From Candidatus Saccharimonadota bacterium (GTDB lineage Bacteria; Bacillota_I; Bacilli_A; Mycoplasmatales; Hepatoplasmataceae), in NCBI GenBank assembly GCA_027925325.1, contig AP027133.1:480001-512000 (forward strand): a stretch of 32,000 bases of DNA. Reading direction: 5' to 3'. Within the stretch, counting starts at the first letter, position 1; each line of letters starts with the position of its first letter. Position numbers and translations under genes: made by a program. Of the stretch, positions 1-11,271 are shown one piece after another. Under the pieces are notes generated by a model. It worked only from the letters and a program-made list of their open reading frames with translations, was not told the DNA's origin and did not search any database.

Positions 1-935
1 GCAAATTCTTTTTTATCACCCTTGAAATTAATTGCTTTATTTAAATTATTTTGTAAATTATTCTGCTTTGCATGTAATTCTGTGATTTCTTGGTCTAATT
101 TTAAAAGATCTATTTGATCTTTTTTTAGTTCTCTTGCTAATTTATCTAAATTTTTTTCAATTAAAACCTTTTCATCATCACTTTTTAATTTGAATTGACT
201 TAATTCTTCTTGTTCTTTATAATCATCATTTAAAATATTTTGAATAAGTGGTAATTCAATCTTTGCTAATTGCTCTTTTATTTGTAAATAATTTTTGGCT
301 TGTTCACTCGCCTTTTTTAAAGGGGCAATTTGTTTTTTTAATTCTGCTAATTTTACCTCAAAAATTTCTAAATTTGTCTTTACTTTTTCAAATTTTAAAA
401 GCGCTTCTTTTTTATGGAGTTGATATTTGCTAACTCCTGAAGCTTCATCTAAAAGTGCTCGTAAATCTTGCGCTCTTGCTTCTGCAATTTTAGCAACCGA
501 ACCTTGTGAAATAATCGAAAGATCGGTATTACCTAATCCAGTATCTAAAAAAAGATTACGAACATCTTTTCTTCTTACTTTTTCTTTATTAATAAAATAT
601 TCATTTTCATTTTTATTACGATAAGACTTTCTTGTAATTATTACCTCATTTGCCTCATGTTCTAAAATTTTATTATCGTTATCAAAAAAAAGACTGACCT
701 CTGCAAATTCAGCCGCTTCTTTATTAAGTGAACCACTAAAGATCATATCATCAGTTTTTTTAGCACGCAAAGTCTTTTTTGAGCTCTCGCCCAAAACTCA
801 CTTTAAAGCGTCATTTATATTTGATTTTCCTGAACCATTTGGACCGACAATCACCGTAAGTCCCTTTTTAAATTCGACAACTGTTGGAAAAGCAAATGAC
901 TTAAAACCTTTAAGCTCAATTTTTTTTAAAAACAT
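1..935 (-). CDS. smc: Chromosome segregation protein SMC, N-terminal part (gene continues past the left window edge)
   Basis: The minus-strand frame starts at ATG 935-933: [51 protein letters not shown]. It has the Walker A motif GPNGSGKS followed by a long K/E/L/Q-rich coiled-coil. The frame is open to position 1 only when TGA is read as Trp, so it is absent from the supplied ORF track. Confidence 0.85.
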
Positions 936-1627
936 TATTTTAAATCCACCTTTTTACTAATTGCATTTTTGGCCGCTTTTTGCTCTGCTTCCTTTTTTGA
1001 ATTACCAGTCCCTTCCCCTAATTTATTATTATCATGAAAAACAGCAACCATAAAAAAATTTTTATTTCCTTCTCGTCATTGCTTAATAACCTTATAAAAA
1101 GCTGTATTTCCACCATTCGATTGTAAATTTTCTTGTAATCTTGTTTTATAGTCTTTAAACGTTGATTTAACTTTTAAATTTTTCTTTATGTAAATCAAAA
1201 TATTTTTTTTGATAAAAGATTTTACTGCTTTTAATCCAAGATCAAGATAGATTGCACCGACAAGCGATTCAAAGACATCTTCATAAACCGAATCAGAAGG
1301 TTTATTTTTCATTTCGCCTAATCCTCGTTGAATATAATTTTCAAATTGTAATTTCTTTCCAAGCTGTGAAAGGTTTTTTTTATCAACATGGGTCGAACGA
1401 ATTAAAGTCATTTCGCCTGGTGGTAAATCAGGAAAATTTTTATAAACATATTCACCAACAATATAACCTAAAATTGAATCACCAAGAAATTCTAGCCGTT
1501 CATAACTTTCAATCTGATTTTTTGCCTCATGACTAAAAGACATATGTGTAAAGGCTATTTGATAATATTTTATATTTTTAAAATTAATCCCATTTTTTAA
1601 TAAAAAAGTTTCAAAATTATTTTTCAT
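935..1627 (-). CDS. rnc: Ribonuclease III
   Basis: Track ORF 1076-1627 carries the RNase III signature ERLEFLGDS. It reads through TGA (Trp) at 1076-1078 into a dsRBD-like tail ([20 protein letters not shown]) and ends at TAA 937-935. The stop overlaps the smc ATG (TAATG). Confidence 0.9.
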
Positions 1628-2606
1628 TTTTAAGTTTTTTTTGAATGTTTTCTAATAATTGATTTTCAAGTAATCTTTTTCCTAAAATTAAGGAATTAAG
1701 AAAATATTTAGTATCAGATCCTCCATGTACTTTAATTAAAAGATGATTTAAACCTAAAACAATCGCTCCACCTACATCTCCTGCACTAAATGCTTTTTTA
1801 AATCTTGTTCGTAGATCTTTTGCCAAAAATAGACCTAATTTTGTTAAAAGATCTTTATTTGCAGTTTCTTTCATTAATTTATAAATAATATTAAAAGAAC
1901 CTTCGTAGGCTTTAATTACAATATTACCACTAATTCCATCGGCAACAATAATATCTTCATCAGCATAAAGTAATTTATCAGCTTCAATATTTCCTAAAAA
2001 ATTGATTTGTTTTTCATTTTTTAACTTATCAAAAGTTTCTTTTAATAAATTATTTCCTTTTGTATCTTCTGTTCCGATATTTAATAATTTTACTCTTGGT
2101 CGATTTGAAATTCCTAAAGCTTTAAAATATTCTGAACCCATAATCGCATAAGTAACTAAAGTATCAGAATCGGGATTAGCATTTGCTCCACCATCAATTA
2201 AAATCTTTTGATCACCAAAAATATTAGAAAAAAGCGGTGAAAAAGCAGGTTTTAAATCTTTTGTAATTGTTTTAAAATAAATATAACCAGCAGTTACCAA
2301 TGGCCCTGATGTTGCAGCCGAAATAACAAAATTAGCTTCTTTTGCAAGGACTGATTTAATCGCTCGAATTAAGGTAGAATTTTCTTTTCGCTTAATCTGC
2401 ATCGGCCCATCGGTTTGAATAATAACATCTTTACATTCAATAAATTTGATATTTTGATTATAAATACTAGGGATTATAAAATCTTTAGTTATAAAAGCTA
2501 AAATCCGATAATCTTGATTTTTTTGCAAAAATTGTTCTGATGCTTTTAATGCTGGTTCTGCACCTTTGTCACCTGACATAAAATCAAATGCAATTACTTT
2601 TTCCAT
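1617..2606 (-). CDS. plsX: Phosphate acyltransferase PlsX
   Basis: This is an intact 329-aa ORF with PlsX-like blocks (DGGANANPD, LIKVHGGSD). Its 3' end overlaps the rnc start by 11 nt. Confidence 0.88.
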   Translation of the reverse strand: MEKVIAFDFMSGDKGAEPALKASEQFLQKNQDYRILAFITKDFIIPSIYNQNIKFIECKDVIIQTDGPMQIKRKENSTLIRAIKSVLAKEANFVISAATSGPLVTAGYIYFKTITKDLKPAFSPLFSNIFGDQKILIDGGANANPDSDTLVTYAIMGSEYFKALGISNRPRVKLLNIGTEDTKGNNLLKETFDKLKNEKQINFLGNIEADKLLYADEDIIVADGISGNIVIKAYEGSFNIIYKLMKETANKDLLTKLGLFLAKDLRTRFKKAFSAGDVGGAIVLGLNHLLIKVHGGSDTKYFLNSLILGKRLLENQLLENIQKKLKNEK

Positions 2607-2609
2607 AAT

Positions 2610-4271
2610 TTACTCCATAAATAATAATAAATGATAAATTTCTTGTCCACCATATGATAATTCAAATTCTACGTCTTTAAATTTTTTAAAAATTGTTTTT
2701 TCCATTATTTTTAATTCTTGGTTTGAAATTTCATCATTGTAAAAAATTGTTACAACCTCTATATTCTCATCAATTAAATCTTTCAAAACTTTTTCAAGAA
2801 CTTTAAATAAATCATTTTCTGCATAAAAGATTTTTTTGCCGTTAACAGCGATAAATTCATCTTTTTTTACATCTATTTTATTTCTCTTGGTATCGCGAAT
2901 CGCTTTCGTAATTGATATTTCTTTTAAAGCATGAATTTTTGCTGTTAATGAGGCTTGATGTTTATTAAAATCTACCATATTATCTTTGTTAATATTATAA
3001 AGAGCAAAAATTCCTTGTTGGATTGTTTTTGTTGGTAATACATAAATATTTTTATCTTCAATATTGTTTCTTACGGCATCAGTTGTAAGAATAATATTTG
3101 AATTATTTGGTAAAAGTAAGATATTACGATAATTTAAATTATTAATTTGACTTATAAAATCTTGTACTGAGGGATTGTATGATTGCCCTCCACTTATTAC
3201 TGCATCAACACCAAGATCAGAAAATTCTTTATCTAAACCAATTCCATCGGATACAGCAATAATTGCTAATTGATCATTTATTAAAAGATCATCCTTTTTT
3301 GTTTGATATTTTACTTTTCCTGTTAAGCTAACAATATGTCCGGCTTCTTCGGCTTGTAAGGCCATATTATCAGCTTTAATTTTTGTAAATTCACCATATT
3401 TTTGCGCAATATTAAATACTTCTCCCGGTTCCTTTACATGCACATGAACTTTTAAAATATCCTCTTCTTGGATCATAACCAAAGAATCACCAAATTTTTT
3501 TAATTGTGTTTTTAATTTACTATAAGAAAATTTAGCTGGATTTTTTAAAGTTAAAATAAATTCCGTACAATAACCGATATTTTTATTTGGATTAGCCTTA
3601 AATGTTACTTGATTCACCCTCTGTTTCGCAACATGTGATGTTGGTCCTTTCGCCTTAATTGTAAGTGGTTTTCCCTCTGCCGCCCTTAAGACACCTTCTA
3701 AAAACATTAATACACCAAAAGCACCTGAATCAACAACACCTGATTCTTTTAAAACCTTAAGTTGATTTGGTGTATTATCAACAGCTTTTTTGGCTATATC
3801 TCTTAAACTACGGATAGCTGAAACAAAATCAGTTTGTTCTTTTTTAAATTCTTGTTCCATTGCCGTTGCAATCGAAAGAATTGTTCCCTCTACCGGTTTG
3901 GAAACCGCTTTATAACCGTAATCTCTAATTGATTTTAAAATTATTTTTAAATCCTTGATTGAAGTTGAAAATCGTCCGACCTTTTTTACACCTTCAGCCA
4001 ATCCTTTAATTAATTGTGAACTAATAACACCAGAATTTCCTCTAGCCCCAAGTAAAGCTCCTCTTGCAAAATCATTAAGTATTTCAATATCACTCTCAGA
4101 ATTCTCATTAATATTATTTCATGCATTTACAAGTGTCCCAGTCATATTAGAACCAGTGTCTCCATCTGGAACAGGAAAAACGTTCAAATTATTTATTTTT
4201 TCTTCATTTTGTTGAATATTTGCAATTCCTGATTCAAGAATACTTAGAACTGTTTCTTTATGTGATTTCAT
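2610..4271 (-). CDS. fakA: DAK2-domain protein of the YloV/FakA family (fatty acid kinase ATP-binding subunit-like)
   Basis: Track ORF 2610-4001 extends upstream in frame through a TGA to ATG 4271-4269, which is preceded by an in-frame TAA. The N-terminus has DAK2 motifs (PDGDTGSNM, LLGARGNSGVI). The protein is 553 aa and sits upstream of plsX and divergent from rpmB, as yloV does in Bacillus. Confidence 0.75.
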
Positions 4272-4411
4272 TTATGCAGTTATTTTCTCCCTCAAAATCT
4301 ATTTTATTTTTTATATAAAAAATTCAAGCATTTAAAAAATTATAACATTATTATAAGATTAATTTTTTTCTTAAACTAAGATTAAAGTCATTTTTTTGAT
4401 ATTATTTTATT

Positions 4412-4627
4412 ATGTCTAGAAAATGCGATATTTTAAATAAAGGTCCGCAATATGGAAATAGCAGATCAAAATCATTAAATGCTAGCAAGAAAAAATGAGA
4501 TGTTAATCTTCAGTCAATCAAAGTAGCAATTAATGGAAAAGAACAAAAATTAATGTTATCAACAAAAATGATTAGAACATTAAAAAACAAAAGCAAGGAA
4601 AATATAATTTTAATAAATAGCAAATAA
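4412..4627 (+). CDS. rpmB: 50S ribosomal protein L28
   Basis: Translation is MSRKCDILNKGPQYGNSRSKSLNASKKKWDVNLQSIKV. It contains one TGA (Trp), so it is not in the ORF track. A hairpin plus T-run follows immediately. Confidence 0.85.
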
Positions 4628-4660
4628 AAGATAGGTAGTTTACCTATCTTTTATTTTTTT
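4627..4660. terminator. Bidirectional intrinsic terminator between convergent rpmB and the 599-aa membrane protein gene
   Basis: A 9-bp stem AGATAGGTA / TACCTATCT (4629-4637 / 4641-4649) has a 3-nt loop. TTTTATTTTTTT follows on the plus strand and a U-rich stretch follows on the minus strand. Confidence 0.6.
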
Positions 4661-6458
4661 ATTTATCTCGTTGAATCTCTTTTGGTAAGAGTTCAGCATA
4701 TTGATCTTTAAGATCACCCTCTAATACGATATAAAATCCTTTGTTATTTCAATAAGTATATGCTCTTGATAATAAATTGTCTTTTTGTTGAATATAAATA
4801 GAATATACAAAATAATAAACAACGTCCTCGATTGCATAAGATAAATTATTATTATTTATGTATTCTTGATATAAAACATCAAATAAAAGAACAGCTTGAT
4901 CATCTTTTGTTTGATCATAAGGAGAATATGTTCCATCACCATTATCGATAACTTTTAATTGATAAAAATATTGTTGTGCTTTTTGATTATCATCATGATA
5001 ATTTTTTGCAAAAGTAAATGGAAATATCGGATAGTAAATATATGAATAACCGGTATATTTTCCAATATCTGATGGCAAATCAGTAAGATTTGTTGTTGAT
5101 ACTGTATTAGTAACATCATCAGGAACATCATCTTCTACTTTTATTTTAACAACCGTTCCATCAGCGGTTGTTTTTCAAGCCTCATCTTCAGGTGAATAAA
5201 AATAACTCGGATTATAAACATTTAAGTTTGCAAATTGATTTCCTTTATCTTCTCAATCCGTTATAAGTGATACTTTTTCATCACCATTATTTTCATTTAC
5301 ATCATATTTATAATTATAATATTGATTAAAATCTGTAAATGTAGATGAAACACTTAAATCAGAATTGGAAATACTTAAAACCCCTTCAAATCCTCTTAGT
5401 GATTGATCATTATTTTGTAAATAACTTTTTTGATAATCTTTATTTAATTCATCAAGAAAATCTGTTTTTGTTCCATCATCATTTGTATATGTTTTATCAT
5501 AAACACTATTTCAATTGTCTAATGTAATCTCTGTTGTCGGTTGATTAAATTTTGAAATATTATCGTATTCAATACTTCAAATAAACATCGGTCGATCAAA
5601 ATACATCTCTTCTGTTAAAAAATAATCAAAATCACCTTTTGGATTTTCTTGCCAAAGATAACTATAAACAAATAATGATTTTGCAATTTCTGTTTGATAT
5701 TCAATTGTTGAATTTAAGAATGATAATAATTCTTGATAAGAACTTAAATCACCCTGATCATCATAATAATTTTGTATATCTCAAACATTTTCCGGAAATA
5801 CCGTTGTCACAAAATCATAAATACCATTAATCTTAATCATGTCTACATACTTTGTACTAAAAGCCTCAAGATATTGATACATATCTTCACTTGATGGTAA
5901 TGTTGTGTCAATAAAAAATTTAATCTTTGCAAAATGATTTGTTAACTGATAATAAGTATCATATTGATAATTATTTGTATTTATGTATTCAGCATTTAAT
6001 CAATTATCATCTTCTGTTGGTAATAAAATAGATCCTGGTAAAATTTCTGTATTTTCATCAATCTCTGCTAAAAAATCAACCCCAGTAAGTGAAGCTTGTA
6101 AAAAAGTTTTTAAAATGATTGCTGCATATTCTTCAGCTTGTGTAGAATATGTATAAACATCAGTAGATGAATCATTTGGATCTGGTTCTGGTTCATCATC
6201 TGAATAATTATTTATTTTATTATCAGAATTTAAATTATCAGGAAAATATATCTGATCTAATTTATATAAAAAAGAATTTAATTTTTTTTCCGAATAAACT
6301 TTTTCTTCATCACCTAAATGAACTGTAATTTGCGAAGAATTATTTATCGTATTTTTACCAAAATAGAGAGAAAAAGTAAGAATTAAACTAATAAATACGA
6401 CCCCTAATGTAATTAATGTAATAATAAATCTCTTGCTTCAAAATTTTTCTTTCATCAT
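4659..6458 (-). CDS. Hypothetical signal-anchored acidic protein (599 aa)
   Basis: ATG 6458-6456 has an AGGAGA ribosome-binding site at 6466-6461. The N-terminus MMKEKFWSKRFIITLITLGVVFISLILTFSLYF is a single TM with no lipobox Cys. The rest is D/N/Y/E-rich. The frame is continuous to TAA 4661-4659 only with TGA = Trp, and the track shows only a 109-aa piece (4749-5078). Confidence 0.7.
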
Positions 6459-6464
6459 TTTCTC

Positions 6465-8771
6465 CTAATTACTTAAATTTCCCGAATCATATAATTGATC
6501 AATTGTCTTAAGTTCATAACTATCCCCTTCAAAAGAAAAATATGATAATAATTGATGTAAACTTGCATCTCAATTATAAATATCAAAATTATTTAAATAA
6601 ATACTTCCATAATCTTCAAAGAAATTATTTGATCTTGCGACTTGCGAAGTAGTTTTAGAGATATCATCTCAAAGTAATTGATTATAAAATTGATTTAAAA
6701 TCTCAGAAGGATCTGATTCTAAATCTCAATCAAGATCTTCACCCTCCTCAAAGGCAGATTTTTCAGCATCACTAAATTCTCCTCCATCTAAGTTATAAGT
6801 ATTATTAACATAATTTAAATATTGATTAAAAATAAGATCATTTGCAACCAAACTTAATCATGATTGATAACTTGATAAAATATCATAATCATATTGATAA
6901 AGTTGACTAATTGGATTTGGATTACTTTGTAATAATTTTTGATCAAGTTGATATGCAAGCATCACTTGTGCATCACTTATTAAAGTTGGATCATTTTGAT
7001 TTAAAACGTTATTATGCACTAAATGCATTCCATCAATTGATTGTGTAAGATAATAATCATCTTCATAAATTATCGAATTATCAATATTAGCATTACTGTC
7101 AGTTATATTTGCTTTAACATTACTAAAAGTAAAACTAGTTCCATCATAATTATAATAATTGATTGTAGGAATTGTTAAGTGATAAAAAATTTGTCGATCT
7201 TCCTTACTAATTAGATTTGTTGTTGAATCAACTTTAGCATAAAAACCTTTGTTTATCTGTGCAACAACCTGTGCTCCAGCTGTTGCACTAGTTAAATTGC
7301 TAATATATGTATCGGTATTTTCGCCACTAAAAGTATCATTAATAGAATTATATTTATCGATATCAGTTGATGGTAAAGGATCATCAGATCAAGTATTACC
7401 ATCACTTGTTGTTGCTCCATAAGCAGGAATAAAAAATCTATATTTATTTAAATTGGTAATAGGTAATGTCTCACCATATGCACCATAAATATCTTTAAAA
7501 ACATCACGATATTCTAATGCTACTTCTTCGTGGAAGGAATAATAATATTGAAACATTTGACTAGAATCATAAGTATTTAAATCAAAATCAGGATTATTAT
7601 AATTTTCACTAATTAAATTTCCATATATTTCCATTAAAATAAGTGAAACAGTAGAATTACTAGCAATGCTATCTGATAAGGTAGTAACACCAGAATCTGT
7701 AAATGATGGTGATGAAGTATAATCTGGATTTTTAAAATCTAAAAATTCTCAATCATCAATTGAAGCACCATTTATTGCTTGATAAGAGATTACAGCAAGA
7801 TCAGCAAGAAATACTCAAATATCATCGACATTATCAACGGTTAAAGCAAATGAATCTGTTCCACTTATTAATCCATTTTTAAGAGGCGTTTCGAATGTAA
7901 ATGGAATTAAAATATCTTCATAAGAGATTGGTTTATAAATTTTTTGATAAAAATCAAATAAAAATTGATGATTAATTACTGTCTTATTTAAAATTGGATC
8001 ATCATATAAAATTGTTTCTTGTTGGTAATCACCATTTAAAGCATAATATCTTGATGATCCTGTTTCTAAAGTTGACCGATATTTTTTGCTATTAGAATCG
8101 GTTTTATCATCAAAATAAAGATATGTATCTGAAGTTGTAATATCTGAAATTGATGATAAAAGTGAGGTTGAAATTAAATTAGTACGATATTGCCCCTCTG
8201 TATCAAATCCTTTTGATAAAAGATTTTGCTCTCATTCATCTTTTCAATCATTTCCATACTCATCACGATAAGTATCTTTTTCATCATTTATCTGATTATC
8301 TGCTTTATTTTCAGCATCATCTAAATCTTTTTGCGATCCTAAATCATCATTTATTAAAATCTGATAAGCTCAAATAACAGAATTATCTTTCAAATATTTT
8401 GTTTCATATTGTGCAGGTCTACTTTGCTTATCAATAATATATTCTTTAATTTGCTCTTTTCGATAACAAACACCACCAATACAAATTTGATTTGGCTCCT
8501 TTTTATTTGATAATCCTAATCCCAGTCCTAATCCTAATGCCAATAAAATAATAAAAATTATAAAAATAATTATAATTGCTTTTAAATGTCTTTTAAATCA
8601 ATTTTTCTCTGAACTATCTTGTTTATTATAAAAAGAGTGTTCTTCATTCCCTTTGTTATCACTCTTTTGTTTATCATTTATGTCAGTCTTTTTTTTATTT
8701 TGTTCATTTTTATTTTTTGAAGGTTCTTCATTAAAAATAAGTGAATCTTTTACTTCTCGATGTTGAGCCAT
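6465..8771 (-). CDS. Hypothetical signal-anchored acidic protein (768 aa) with a possible SurA_N/PrsA-like N-terminal ectodomain
   Basis: ATG is at 8771-8769. A ~75-aa charged cytoplasmic head precedes the TM AIIIIFIIFIILLALGLGLGLGL and a D/N/Y-rich ectodomain. The frame was checked codon by codon over 7321-8771, plus shorter stretches at 6961-7019 and 6465-6539. The TAG stop at 6467-6465 overlaps the ribosome-binding site of the downstream gene. The track shows only 7389-7634. Confidence 0.7.
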
Positions 8772-8912
8772 AATTAATATTATTATAATAAAAAAATATT
8801 TTATATATTTATAAAATAAATAAATATTAATAGTAAAATTATCTTAGATTAAAATTTTTAAATGCATTTAATTTAATATCAGATTTTATTATAAACAGAA
8901 AAAGGTATAAAA

Positions 8913-10196
8913 ATGATTAAACTTAACTTAAAATATACAAAAGTAGCACATAAAATGCAAAAATACCAATCACAAATTGATAATATTCATCAAGTGATTA
9001 TAGATCGTACAGGGGAAGGAAATGAGATGCTTGATTGATATGATTGAGCAAATAAAATTACAGATACTGAAATTAATGCAATAAATTTTAAAATTAAAAA
9101 TCTAAAGACAATTAACAAAATAGATACTTTGCTAGTAATAGGAATCGGTGGTTCATATTTGGGAGCAAAAGCCGGAATAGATTTTATTAAAGGTAAGATG
9201 AGAGCCGATGATAAAATAATTTTTGCAGGAATCAATCTTTCAGGAAGTTATTATAAACAAATTGAAGAAAAACTTAAAAATAGAAATTGAGCAATTTGTG
9301 TTATTTCAAAATCAGGAAAAACAATTGAACCAGCGATTGCTTTTAGATATTTCAGTGACTTATTAGAAAAAAAAGTTGGAAAAGCAAAAATGAAAGATCT
9401 AATAACGGTCATTACTGATCAAAAAAAAGGTTTATTAAATGATTTTGTTGATAAATATAATTATCAGAAATTTGTTATTCCCGATGGAATCGGTGGGAGA
9501 TTTTCAGCGATTACAGCTGTCGGACTTTTTCCAATGGCTTTTGCTGGAGTAGATATTATAAAAATTTTAAACGGAGTAAGAAAAGCAAATAATGATTTAA
9601 AATCTAATAAATTAAAAGATAATATCGCTTATCAATATGCGGTTACAAGATATATTTTGCACAAAAAAAATAAATTGACATCAGAAATTTTTATTACCTA
9701 TAGCGAAGATTTTTTGATGTTGCAAGAATGACTTAAACAGTTATTTGCAGAATCAGAAGGGAAAAAGGGAAAAGGTTTATTGCCAAATTCTTTAACATAT
9801 ACAAGAGATCTTCATTCTCTTGGGCAATTTATTCAAGAAGGGAAAAAAACATTTTTTGAAACTAATATTTGGCAAGAAAGTGAAGAAAGCGAAATTAAGA
9901 TTTTAAAAAATGATTTAGATTTAGATAATCTTAATTATCTTGAAGGCAAAACAATTGATTACGTTAATAAACAAGCTTTAAAGGGAGTCGTAAAAGCTCA
10001 TGTTGAAAATGGAAATATTGCCAATATAATTATTAGTTTTAAAAGAAATGATGAATTAACACTTGGCTATTTATGATATTTCTTTTTTATAGCCGTTACT
10101 TGCTCAGGTTATTTATTAAAAATAAATCCTTTTAATCAACCGGGAGTAGAAATTTATAAAAATAATTTAAATAAAAATTTACGAATAAAAAAATAA
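8913..10196 (+). CDS. pgi: Glucose-6-phosphate isomerase
   Basis: Track fragments 9390-9731 and 9780-10076 are in one frame with ATG 8913. PGI motifs are present ([32 protein letters not shown]). The protein is 427 aa with several TGA Trp codons. Confidence 0.88.
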
Positions 10197-10215
10197 TTAA
10201 TCATTTTTTTATATA

Positions 10216-10224
10216 TGGTAAAAT
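10216..10224 (+). promoter_or_regulatory. Extended -10 promoter element (TGGTAAAAT) for the ABC transporter operon
   Basis: TGnTAAAAT lies 35 nt upstream of ATG 10259, with an AAAGGAAT Shine-Dalgarno-like sequence in between. The same nonamer precedes the rplK leader. Confidence 0.4.
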
Positions 10225-10258
10225 TTTAATTGATAATTTTAAAAAATAAAGGAATTAT

Positions 10259-11269
10259 ATGGATAAAAAATTAGAAAAATTAACAGTTCAAGAACTTAAA
10301 GATGAACTTAAAAAGCAAAATATTAAATTTAAATCTTCCGATAAAAAGGCAGATTTAATTAAATTATTAGAAAACCATCATAAAAAAGATGAAAAAGTTA
10401 GTAAAAAATCTCCTAAAAGATTAATTGCTAAATTTAGAAAAAAGCGTATTAATCAAAAAGAAGATGGAAAAGAAAAGTTAATTGAGGGAAAATATCAATT
10501 AGTAATTAAAAATCTTACTAAAAAATATGGAAAAGTAGAAGTTTTAAATGGAATTACTTTAAAGGTTAAACCGGGAGAAAAGATTGCTATTGTTGGTGCA
10601 AATGGAGCTGGAAAAAGTACATTATCAGAAATTATTGCTCAAGTAAAAGAACCAACAGGAGGAGAATTACATTATTCTTTCGGAAAATCAAAAGAAACAA
10701 TTTCTGCCAAAATTGGAATTCAATTCCAAGATTCATCATATCCTGATTTTTATAAAGTAAGTGATATTGTCAAATTTATTATTGATGCCTCTGAAATTAA
10801 AATTTCAAATGAACAATTAGATCATCTTTATGAAACTTTTGATGTTAAAAATTTTAAAAGAGAAGTTGCAAAAGGACTTTCAGGTGGACAACAACAACGT
10901 TTAAACATTCTTCTTGCAATTGTCAATAATCCGAAAATTCTAATTTTAGATGAGGTTGGAACAGGTTTAGATGTTGAATCTAGAACAAAAATTAAATCAT
11001 ATATTAAATCATATATCCATGAAAATGATGCGACTTTATTACTTGTATCGCATAACTCTGATGAAGTTATAGAACTTGTTGATCGTGTCGTTGTTATTCA
11101 TAGTGGAAAAATATATGAAGATAAACCACTAAAAGAAATTTTGAAAAAATGAAAAGTATTTGATGATTATATGAATAATCTTTATTTAAATGTTTTCAAA
11201 AAGAATTTAGATTTAAGAGTAAATAAATCAGGTCGACAAAAAGAAAAAAAGGAGAAAATAAATAAATAA
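10259..11269 (+). CDS. ABC transporter ATP-binding protein with an N-terminal SAP/HeH-like extension
   Basis: Motifs are Walker A GANGAGKST, signature LSGGQQQR and Walker B ILILDE. The ORF continues through TGA at 11150-11152 to TAA 11267-11269, giving 336 aa. Residues ~8-40 (LTVQELKDELKKQNIKFKSSDKKADLIKLL) match the SAP/Rho_N helix-extended-helix pattern. Confidence 0.85.
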
Positions 11270-11271
11270 AA

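Noticed and set aside
248-624. Plus-strand ORFs 248-433 and 427-624, and similar antisense ORFs (1252-1536, 3955-4215, 8990-9235, 19355-19648, 22613-23211, 23476-23685, 25945-26336, 27370-27633, 28067-28294, 28551-28736, 29857-30093, 31282-31491)
   Set aside because: Each lies antisense to a well-supported conserved gene. Their translations are low-complexity, Leu/Phe/Ile/Ser-rich products typical of the reverse strand of AT-rich coding DNA.
8509-8535. Imperfect hexanucleotide repetition (cctaat/cccagt) as a tandem repeat
   Set aside because: It only encodes the (Gly-Leu)4 end of the transmembrane helix. The units are imperfect and too few to be a meaningful simple-sequence repeat.
8689-8696. 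A8/T8 homopolymer in the 5' part of the 768-aa surface protein gene as a phase-variation switch
   Set aside because: Runs of 7-9 A/T are frequent throughout this AT-rich window, including in core genes. There is no evidence from this single sequence for length variation.
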